Shown piece by piece: positions 42,328-50,308 of a stretch of 64,000 nt of DNA. A model generated the notes under the pieces. The model was not told the DNA's origin, made no database searches, and saw only the letters and a list, made by a program, of their open reading frames with translations. The stretch's first letter is position 1; each line of letters starts with the position of its first letter. Both the position numbers and the translations under genes were made by a program. The stretch lies in NCBI GenBank assembly GCA_965277715.1, contig OZ255836.1:448001-512000 (forward strand). The letters are read 5' to 3'. The DNA comes from Gammaproteobacteria bacterium. GTDB lineage: Bacteria; Pseudomonadota; Gammaproteobacteria; JBCCGL01.

Positions 42328-42744
42328 ATGGCTTTAAACCAATTCGGTACCGGCGTGGCAGCAGCAGCATTGGCTCTTTCCGCCAATAATGCTTTGGCTG
42401 ATGAACCAGCCACGGGCTTAGAACACCTTGCCCCAGCCGTAGTAGAGCAAATCGCGGAGAACTATCGAGCGTGTATTGAGGAAAATATTTTAGCGTCTGA
42501 TTGGAATGGTGACGGAAAAATTTCTAACACCGGTTCACCCGATGGCTACGAAGAAGCAGACGCTTTAGCTGACTTAAACGACAGTTGTGATGAAAATGTT
42601 GAACAAGACATCACTCTGGCCGAACTGAAACAACGAATTGCTGTAGCAAAACAAGAGGGTGCTGAGGCTGACATAGCCATTGCTGCCATAACGACCAAGT
42701 TGATGGAGGAACTTAGAGTCAAATTCAATCAAGAAAATAACTAA
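42328..42744 (+). CDS. Secreted acidic protein with EF-hand-like loop
   Basis: Signal peptide MALNQFGTGVAAAALALSANNALA; DWNGDGKIS loop; two Cys. Confidence 0.7.
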   Translation: MALNQFGTGVAAAALALSANNALADEPATGLEHLAPAVVEQIAENYRACIEENILASDWNGDGKISNTGSPDGYEEADALADLNDSCDENVEQDITLAELKQRIAVAKQEGAEADIAIAAITTKLMEELRVKFNQENN

Positions 42745-42758
42745 GCGGTTAACCTGCG

Positions 42759-44195
42759 ATGAATGACCAGCTATCGTCAGCCCCCAGCGAAGACCAGCAC
42801 GCTCTTGAAAAGCAAGCCTACTGCGCGGCCTGTACCACTGAGCGCGCCGCCTTACAGCAAGAGGTTGAGCCACCAGAAAACCGGGTAGCCGTGTTTGCAC
42901 AATTAACCATTGCCGGTGGCAAGTGGGAGAAGCTCGAACCCCAAGACCGGCAAGCCGAAGCCTGCCAAATTTTGTGTGACTACGAAATAGATAAACGTGA
43001 AAGAACGCCCGCATTTGACCTGACAAGTCGGCCTATTCAGTTTGTTCAAAGACTCGTTAATCAAAACCTCACCACGGTTAGTAAGGACACCGCAATCAAT
43101 GATGAAGAACAACAGGCGCAAAAAGAAGAAACGGTAAAACAAAAAAAACAATCTACGCAAGCCGACTATCAGAACTTTATAAGTGAACTAATCGCTACCC
43201 CCGAATGGCAAAAGCTATCATTCATCGAGCAAATGAATCAATTAGTCACCGAGCCAGCCGTGCCCGAAACAGAAAAAGCCAAACTGCGCCAGTTCCAAAA
43301 GATTTTGGATTTATCACAGGCCGTACCAGCCGACCAAGCCATTATCGAGCAGCGCTTAAACACGCTGGATTTTAGCCAAGGCATCCCCAGCCCCACGGCC
43401 TTTATCCAACAGGCTATTTTTAGTTCGCCAGAGTATGACAGCGGCATAAGTGCGGCCACCCAAAACGCCATTGCCACCGAGTTTAAACTGACCCCACGCT
43501 CGATTAAAACCGGCAGCGATTACACCGCCGCCATGAGCGCCACAAAAACGAATGCCAACGGCCAAGTGTCACCCGCGTTTCCCGAAAGCGCACCGCTCAA
43601 GTTTCGCCCCGGGTTGGAAGGGTTTACTTCCAATAACGGCCAAGATGAATTTATGCGAGCCACCACCTCGCACGGTGACCGCTGGCAAGTAGAAGTAACC
43701 GACTGGACTCCCAACGATAAAGCGCTCGCCGCTGAGTTATTGCAACTGTGGGCGATGACCGAAGAAGCCGGAGAAAGTGGTTATTTAATGTCGCTAACCC
43801 AACTAGATTGGGCGGCCACCAGCCGTATAGACCCACTCAAATTAAAAGACGCCGCCCAAATTATCAACGCCACTTTTGGCGGATTTTCGGGGTACAACGG
43901 CGAAATTTTTTACGGTGATGACGAACTCAACATGATTCGCTGGCAAGCCCAACTTAAAACCCCCAAAGGAGACGCAGCGCGTAGTGACCGCAATATGAGC
44001 ATGACCGACGACGCTTTAAAAGGCTTAAAAATTCGCGATAATGAAGGGAATGTAGATTTAGACGTATTGCGAGCCTTCGGTGAATATTCCAGAGACAACT
44101 GTTTTGTCACCCCCGACTATGAGGCGGTACAAACCCATTTGGCAACATTATTTCCAGAAAAATTCAAGAACGACAAAAACCGCCGGAACTTTTGA
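42759..44195 (+). CDS. Hypothetical protein (478 aa)
   Basis: Long ORF with natural composition; no recognised motif. Confidence 0.7.
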   Translation: MNDQLSSAPSEDQHALEKQAYCAACTTERAALQQEVEPPENRVAVFAQLTIAGGKWEKLEPQDRQAEACQILCDYEIDKRERTPAFDLTSRPIQFVQRLVNQNLTTVSKDTAINDEEQQAQKEETVKQKKQSTQADYQNFISELIATPEWQKLSFIEQMNQLVTEPAVPETEKAKLRQFQKILDLSQAVPADQAIIEQRLNTLDFSQGIPSPTAFIQQAIFSSPEYDSGISAATQNAIATEFKLTPRSIKTGSDYTAAMSATKTNANGQVSPAFPESAPLKFRPGLEGFTSNNGQDEFMRATTSHGDRWQVEVTDWTPNDKALAAELLQLWAMTEEAGESGYLMSLTQLDWAATSRIDPLKLKDAAQIINATFGGFSGYNGEIFYGDDELNMIRWQAQLKTPKGDAARSDRNMSMTDDALKGLKIRDNEGNVDLDVLRAFGEYSRDNCFVTPDYEAVQTHLATLFPEKFKNDKNRRNF

Positions 44196-44248
44196 CATTG
44201 GCATAATCATGTGTATGCTAATGACATACATATAACCGATCTAAAAAA

Positions 44249-44515
44249 ATGCCATCTAGTTCTATACTGAGCGTCCGAGTCAGCCCAGACGAAAAAATAA
44301 TGATCCAACACGCCGCCGAACGTACCCGCTCGTCCGTGGCCGAATTTATGCGCCGCAAAGCCTTAGAAGGGGCAGAATTAGAGTTGATGGAGCGTCGAGT
44401 GGTACAGATTGCCCCCGATCAGTGGGCAAACTTTGAAGCCATGCTGGCGGCACCTGCTACCGATATTCCAAACTTAAAAAAACTGTCTCAACGCCCGCCT
44501 GCATGGGAAAAATAA
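44249..44515 (+). CDS. DUF1778 RHH antitoxin (TacA/AtaR-like)
   Basis: LSVRVS..EK..I..AA...SVAEF...QWANFEAML..P; upstream of a GNAT gene. Confidence 0.88.
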   Translation: MPSSSILSVRVSPDEKIMIQHAAERTRSSVAEFMRRKALEGAELELMERRVVQIAPDQWANFEAMLAAPATDIPNLKKLSQRPPAWEK

Positions 44516-45009
44516 CCGCGCCACGCCCGCTGGCGCAAACCGACAACCGAGATAATTTTGATTGTGGCCACGAGAGCCTTAATCATTGGTTCAAACGCCA
44601 CGCGTGGGGTAATGAGCGCCAAAATGCGTCACGTACCTATGTGGTTTTTGATAAAGAAATCGACCAAGTAGCAGGCTATGTGACTTTGGCGACCGGACAG
44701 ATTGAGCGAGCGTACTTGCAAAAAACCAAGCAGCGAAACTTGCCCGACCCCGTACCGGTTTTGATATTAGGACGGCTCGCCATTGATATTAAATATCAGG
44801 GGCAAGGCCTCGGTGCCGACTTGCTCAAGTTCGCCCTGCAACTCACGGTTGCCATCTCACAGTCTGTGGGCATTGTTGGCGTGTTAACTCACCCGTTATA
44901 TGCAGATGTTAGACCCTTCTACGAACGACAAGGATTTTTGGCAGTGCCGGGAGACCCCAAAGGGAGTCTATTTTTGACCGTCAAGCAACTAAAGCAAAAT
45001 GGGTTTTGA
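44503..45009 (+). CDS. GNAT acetyltransferase toxin (TacT/AtaT-like)
   Basis: FDCGHESLN.W, PVPVLILGRLAID..YQGQGLG, FYERQGF. Confidence 0.9.
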   Translation: MGKITAPRPLAQTDNRDNFDCGHESLNHWFKRHAWGNERQNASRTYVVFDKEIDQVAGYVTLATGQIERAYLQKTKQRNLPDPVPVLILGRLAIDIKYQGQGLGADLLKFALQLTVAISQSVGIVGVLTHPLYADVRPFYERQGFLAVPGDPKGSLFLTVKQLKQNGF

Positions 45010-45057
45010 CACCTCTATTGAGCACGCTAAAATAACCATAAACTAACATTACCCCTT

Positions 45058-46917
45058 ATGCCCCATCGCGCTGTTGGTGTTTACCCAGACCAAGACGGCG
45101 AAATATTCGTCAACTTTGAAAGCGGTCAAAAAGGGGTTCGGCTTAAAAATCTCATCCCAAAAAGTGCTCGGGGTGAGGCATTCGATGATTTTGATGTCAG
45201 CGGCTACTTTAGCTTGGCACAAATGGTTTTAGTCACCCCCGAAGACTTGGCCGTTTTTAACCACGACTCAAAAATTAAAGGATTAAGAGAAGCCCCTTTA
45301 CCCTCCATAAACACCGTTGGCCTTGGACTTTGTGAACCAAACGGAGACTTGAACCCCGACCGAACGGCCGAGCTTTTTAACGTAGTGGCGGCCTATTGGG
45401 AATACAAAGACAAAATGGGGCTAGAACTTGGCTATGTGGCGACCCTGTGGGAGCGTACCAATAATGCGGAAGAAATTATTAAGTTTATCAAAGACAACAC
45501 GCAACAAAACCCACAAACCGGAAAGCCTGAATTGGTTTTTCCAAAAGCCGCCCCAGAGGAAGCATTAGTTGCGGCACTATTACCACTCGATGCACCGTTT
45601 GCAGAAATAACCAAAGAAAAGCTGGAAGCCTTGACCGAATGGCTAAGCTCCGTCCCTCGTGGCCACGCTATCTACGAAAATCCTAAAAGCAGGGCTGCAG
45701 ATTTGGTCTTTTTAGGCTTGGTTGATGCTTCTAGCAAGATAGATAAAACCACCGCCGATGCCGCCAAAAACTACCTTTGGGAACGGCTCGACCAGCCACC
45801 AAACTATCCGGCACTATGGCGACACATACAAGCGACTAAAGGTCTCTATCCTGCCGATGATTTGGAGGCCGATTACAACGCGTATAACCTGCATTTGGCC
45901 GAACTAGCCGACAACGGTGTTAGTAATGTGGCTCTTGTAAAAGCCATTCTTGCGCTTGCCAAAACCAACGTAGCGATACCCACGGAACGACTGTATCGGG
46001 CTGCACGAGTAATGTGGGAACTGGAACAAGCCAAAGATCATCGCGGCACTATGGAAAAGACGCTTAATCAAGAAACACTAGAGGTGGGTAGTTGGTTATT
46101 TTTTGATAAGGCTATAAATTTTACGCGGACGGCACAAAAAATGGTGGTCTCTGGAGCGTCTAAGGTTGAATTGGAAGCTTACCTAGAGACCTCACTAAGC
46201 AAGGCCAGTTCGCCAGATTATATTCGCTCTTTTAAAAATTTTTACCAAAGACCGGAGTACCCCAAAACGTTGCAAGAGATTGGGGTGATAGATGAAAGGG
46301 GAAAGTGGTCTGAAGTGGGTTTTATACGGCAACAAATCTTAATAGCCGAAGCTGAACAGAAAGAGGTTTCACCGTCCTTGGAGTGGCTGAGATTGGCATT
46401 ACACCTTCGTTACCATCCCGAAGATACCATGCCGTTTGCGTGGGCGTTGCAGGATGGTAAATTAACCACAAAATCTTTAAAAAATGCACGTCTTTTGGCA
46501 AGTATGGCCTTATCTGGTGGAATGACCGGCTCAAAATTTCAGATTGGCGAAGTTATCACGCCAGAGCAGTTCCAACTACTCTGGAAATTTGGGGCTTGGT
46601 TGGCTGATGATGTAACGGTTTACCTCAACTATGAGTACCCTAGTTTGTGTTGGTTGGCAAAATATACCCAACACCCACGTTTTTGCGTAGAAGACTGGCA
46701 GGAGATTTGTGATTTTGTCTTTGGCAAGATCCATCAAGATCCAGATCCAAACTTGCTATGGGACTACTTAACACAAAAGGGAATAATCTCTCCAGATTGG
46801 CAAGAAGACGATTATCAGCAAAATTCAGCCTCGCCATTTAAAAACGCAAAAATTGGCCGCAATGACCCTTGTCCTTGTGGGTCAGAGAAAAAATATAAAA
46901 AATGTTGTGGGCGGTGA
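45058..46917 (+). CDS. Hypothetical protein with C-terminal SEC-C zinc motif
   Basis: Ends KIGRNDPCPCGSEKKYKKCCG; no SecA ATPase motifs. Confidence 0.8.
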   Translation: MPHRAVGVYPDQDGEIFVNFESGQKGVRLKNLIPKSARGEAFDDFDVSGYFSLAQMVLVTPEDLAVFNHDSKIKGLREAPLPSINTVGLGLCEPNGDLNPDRTAELFNVVAAYWEYKDKMGLELGYVATLWERTNNAEEIIKFIKDNTQQNPQTGKPELVFPKAAPEEALVAALLPLDAPFAEITKEKLEALTEWLSSVPRGHAIYENPKSRAADLVFLGLVDASSKIDKTTADAAKNYLWERLDQPPNYPALWRHIQATKGLYPADDLEADYNAYNLHLAELADNGVSNVALVKAILALAKTNVAIPTERLYRAARVMWELEQAKDHRGTMEKTLNQETLEVGSWLFFDKAINFTRTAQKMVVSGASKVELEAYLETSLSKASSPDYIRSFKNFYQRPEYPKTLQEIGVIDERGKWSEVGFIRQQILIAEAEQKEVSPSLEWLRLALHLRYHPEDTMPFAWALQDGKLTTKSLKNARLLASMALSGGMTGSKFQIGEVITPEQFQLLWKFGAWLADDVTVYLNYEYPSLCWLAKYTQHPRFCVEDWQEICDFVFGKIHQDPDPNLLWDYLTQKGIISPDWQEDDYQQNSASPFKNAKIGRNDPCPCGSEKKYKKCCGR

Positions 46918-47070
46918 TGAGGGGCGTAAAAGGCTAAAGTTCTCATGCCAAGCGTAGAAAATGGAATCATCGGTTATCGTCACGACCTTCTCGAATCTCG
47001 GCTATAACGTCACGAATTTGACAAATAACCAGCCAGTGTTAGCATGAGGACTATACTAAAACCAGTATCT

Positions 47071-47340
47071 ATGAAAACAACCAATATGCACACTATTACA
47101 AAGCAAGTACCTGTTAGCGAAGTGCCTCAGCAGTGGCGTGCAGGGTTAAGCAACAGCGCATTGATTAAAGTGACATTAGAAACCGTTCCTGAAAAGCCGA
47201 GTTCTCGACAAGTAGACCGCCAGAAAATCATCCAACAAGTTGCGGGTATTTGGAAAGACCGCGAGGATATTTCTGCCTTGTACGAAGACATGCGGCAAGC
47301 AGATAAGACAAAACTCGATTCCACTATACCCAAAAATTAA
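47071..47340 (+). CDS. Putative antitoxin upstream of VapC
   Basis: Short ORF abutting vapC, with AGIWKDRED-type antitoxin C-terminus. Confidence 0.65.
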   Translation: MKTTNMHTITKQVPVSEVPQQWRAGLSNSALIKVTLETVPEKPSSRQVDRQKIIQQVAGIWKDREDISALYEDMRQADKTKLDSTIPKN

Positions 47341-47715
47341 ATGGCGGTGCCTCTGCTCGATACTTGTATCTTGATCGACATCTTGCGAGGCAAACCCTCC
47401 GCAGTTGATCTTTACAGCAACCTCGAAGCCGAAGCGGCTGTGTCTGTAGTATCAGTGCAAGAGCTACTTGCAGGCGCACGGCCTGCGGAGTTAAAAGACA
47501 TTCAAGCCTTGCTCGCCACCTTTACCCATGTACCGGTTGATTTTGACGTGGCTTACAAATCAGGCGAATACCTCAACCAGTATTTTCGGAGCCATGGCGT
47601 TGGCTCTAATGATAGTTTCATAGCGGCCACAGCCACCCTTTTTAACTACCAGTTGCTAACGCTAAATTTAAAACACTTCCCGATGATTCCTGACTTAAAA
47701 AAAGCTTATTTGTAA
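47341..47715 (+). CDS. vapC: VapC/PIN-domain toxin
   Basis: LLDTCILID, SVQELLAG, DSFIAATA, TLNLKHF. Confidence 0.9.
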   Translation: MAVPLLDTCILIDILRGKPSAVDLYSNLEAEAAVSVVSVQELLAGARPAELKDIQALLATFTHVPVDFDVAYKSGEYLNQYFRSHGVGSNDSFIAATATLFNYQLLTLNLKHFPMIPDLKKAYL

Positions 47716-47744
47716 TTTTTTTACGAAAAACTCATTGTTAAATA

Positions 47745-47875
47745 TCATGCAATTTTCCAAAGATCAAGCAGCGCTCTAGCATGATATAAATGATCGCCTT
47801 CGGGTATACCGAGTTGATTCAATAGTGCTGGCGGCAGTTTTACTGAGACATCTCTTTCGAGTACCGAACTTGATA
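47745..47875 (-). pseudogene. Possible AbrB/MazE-type antitoxin remnant
   Basis: Minus frame reads SVKLPPALLNQLGIPEGDHL; no clear start codon. Confidence 0.35.
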
Positions 47876-47965
47876 TGCTACCTCTTATGCATATTAGCTA
47901 GATACGTATTAAGACTACTTAAATATGCCAGAAGGTTCTATAGTGTGGTTAATTTTCAATAAAGT

Positions 47966-47997
47966 AAAAACCCGATGGATGAGAGTCCATCGGGTTT
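47966..47997 (-). terminator. Rho-independent terminator after the methyltransferase gene
   Basis: AAACCCGATGGA-TGAGAG-TCCATCGGGTTT, giving a U-tail on the minus strand. Confidence 0.8.
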
Positions 47998-48004
47998 GAC
48001 GAGG

Positions 48005-48619
48005 CTACCGAAACTGTTTGGTGGGTAACCACCAGAAAGTTGGGCGACCAGTATACCGAGGTGTCCAGATAGCCCAGTAATACTGTTGCTTGGCTATTCT
48101 GGCTTGCCGTGAGGTTGGTTTTCCCTCCGGCCAGCAGGTTAGATCATCCAAAGCATAAATAGCGCTGGGTGGGGTTTTAGTAAATTTTGGTGTCCTATCA
48201 GGATTACACAATGACCGTAGGTTTAAGAGCATGGCCACGGTGCCACCGGTTTTTTGGCAGTGCATGAGGGCTTTTCGGACAAAGGCATCGCCTAAACCGT
48301 GCATACCATAGGGCGGATTGGTAACGATATTTTTAGCCAACGGTTGCGTCGATTTTAGGAAATTTTGGTTGCCTTGACCATAGCCACGGTCGATAAGATC
48401 GGTAGAAACTACGCGGTAACCGGCATTTTCCAGTTCTTTGGAAATATCGCCTGTGCCACAAGCAGGTTCCCAAATATCACCAGAAAAATTTTCAACAGAC
48501 AGCAAGGCGCGCGTAGCTTCTGGCGGCGTTGGGTAGAACTCAAAAGGCGCACGACCAGTGTATTGGGAATGGTTTTTTGTGCTCGTAGCGCAACGTGAGC
48601 GGTAGTTTGGGGTGTTCAT
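48005..48619 (-). CDS. Small phage-type amino-DNA methyltransferase
   Basis: FYPTPP, IWEPACGTG (motif I), IVTNPPY (motif IV). Confidence 0.85.
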   Translation of the reverse strand: MNTPNYRSRCATSTKNHSQYTGRAPFEFYPTPPEATRALLSVENFSGDIWEPACGTGDISKELENAGYRVVSTDLIDRGYGQGNQNFLKSTQPLAKNIVTNPPYGMHGLGDAFVRKALMHCQKTGGTVAMLLNLRSLCNPDRTPKFTKTPPSAIYALDDLTCWPEGKPTSRQARIAKQQYYWAIWTPRYTGRPTFWWLPTKQFR

Positions 48620-48868
48620 GATTTATAGGGTTAAGAAATAGTGAACACCTTGGCACTAAGCAAATGGTTTTAGCGGAACTGTCAAAGGAGGAACCCGTAG
48701 GGGCAAATCCTTGATAGTGTAGTGCCATTTGCAGGGTCAAAGGAGGGCAATTTTTCTGAACCCTATAACTGAAGACCATTGACGCTGGCGGTATGTCGCT
48801 ACCCAAAAAAACCAGCTTAATAGCTGACCAGCTCTGGTGTGGTAACTCACAATGATGCTCGGAATCTA

Positions 48869-49354
48869 CTACGCCTTGTTGTCCACGTTTTCCAAAATGG
48901 TATTGGTAACCTCTTGGGCAAGGTGCAAAGCCAATTCTGGTTTGGCCAATAGCCAAGCTTGATCTTCCGACACGGGAGTTTTAGTGTCTACCGACAACTT
49001 TCCCTTAAAATCAAACTCGGTCAAAAATGGCTGGCGCTGCGATTCCCACTGGGTATTTCGCCGTGAGTCCACTTTGTAATTAAAGGCCACGCTAGGGGCA
49101 ACATCACAGCCATTAGGGGCCATTTCGTAAGCTGAGTGGGTCATACCTACCAGAGCGTCAGCAGTGGCTTGTTCTACTTGGGTGCTGAGCAGCGCCATAA
49201 TTTCAGCGGTAGTCATATTTTCTAATGGTTTATCGCCATTAACTTTTACTGTTAAATCCCAGTCAATATCGTGCTGGCGGTGCTCGCCGTAATCTTGCGG
49301 TTTATAATGACCAGTCGGGCAGGTAACGCTAATGGGAACATAGTTTTCTTCCAT
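48869..49354 (-). CDS. Hypothetical protein
   Basis: 161-aa ORF co-oriented with the relaxase operon. Confidence 0.65.
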   Translation of the reverse strand: MEENYVPISVTCPTGHYKPQDYGEHRQHDIDWDLTVKVNGDKPLENMTTAEIMALLSTQVEQATADALVGMTHSAYEMAPNGCDVAPSVAFNYKVDSRRNTQWESQRQPFLTEFDFKGKLSVDTKTPVSEDQAWLLAKPELALHLAQEVTNTILENVDNKA

Positions 49355-49411
49355 GAAATAAAATTACTAAGTCACTGTATTATAACATATTTATAGAAAA
49401 AACCTAATAAG

Positions 49412-50308
49412 TCACCGAATAAGGCTAATTATCTTTCCTTGTGAGGTTTGCCAAATGTCCCCTTTTAAGAGAGTTGTTGCTGTCACTTGTTTATGATCGG
49501 TTACTAGCGTAGTCGGTTTGCACTGCATTTCGTTAATCAGGCGTACCATGTTGGCCGCCCGACGGGGGCTATTGGTCTGAAATAGCACAATAAAGCGGTC
49601 AAAGTCACCATATTTAGAATAAAGTCTGTGGGTGGCGTAGAGGTGATAGGCGGCTATTTTCCGGCGGATGGTTTCTAACCCCTCCGTGCCCCGATCAATC
49701 TCAACAAAAAAGAGGCGTTTTGCTTCATTTTGAGGGCTTTCTAAAATAACGGCGGCGTCAGGAAAAAACACCGTGGTTTGCCCAGTAGCCGGATCACGAA
49801 TTTCCTCGTAAAGTCGATACCGTTTCAGGCCAGTAAGTGAAGTAGCGCCTTCTTTGAGGAGAAAGTCCGGCACAAACAGGCGTAGCGTCAAACTCTCCGC
49901 TTGTTGCAAAGCCAATTCTAAATTGACGCGAAACTCCGCTAAATCCAAGGCGTGAAGCTGGGGGTTATGTTTTAGTCGCTTTTTGGTGCGTGAAAAAACA
50001 AGACCAATACCATTCTCATTGAGGCACTTTGCTCCAGCCTGATCGAGAAAATAAGCAACTTCTGAATTTTGACCCTCGTTGCCATACTGTAAAAACGGAT
50101 GGGCGCGACCTAGATACTTATTGTGAAACAAGAGCTTTAGGCGTTTTTGGCAGCTTTGCGACGATTGATTTTCGGGAAAAATCAACCGTTTAATTTGGCC
50201 GGTGCGCATGTAACGATAGCGGTTCACCGCCTTGAGAATATCAATATCTCGCTCGGTTACTCGAAAAGCCACGCCTCCTTTTATACGCTGTGTCCGAGCG
50301 TTACTCAT
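49412..50308 (-). CDS. Replication-relaxation (Replic_Relax / MOBC-like) protein 2
   Basis: TERDIDIL...YRYMRTGQI..L.F (wHTH), H.L, FPDA...FFVEIDRGTE. Confidence 0.85.
   Translation of the reverse strand: MSNARTQRIKGGVAFRVTERDIDILKAVNRYRYMRTGQIKRLIFPENQSSQSCQKRLKLLFHNKYLGRAHPFLQYGNEGQNSEVAYFLDQAGAKCLNENGIGLVFSRTKKRLKHNPQLHALDLAEFRVNLELALQQAESLTLRLFVPDFLLKEGATSLTGLKRYRLYEEIRDPATGQTTVFFPDAAVILESPQNEAKRLFFVEIDRGTEGLETIRRKIAAYHLYATHRLYSKYGDFDRFIVLFQTNSPRRAANMVRLINEMQCKPTTLVTDHKQVTATTLLKGDIWQTSQGKIISLIR

Noticed and set aside
45058-46917. SecA
   Set aside because: Only the terminal SEC-C motif is present; no DEAD-like ATPase motifs.
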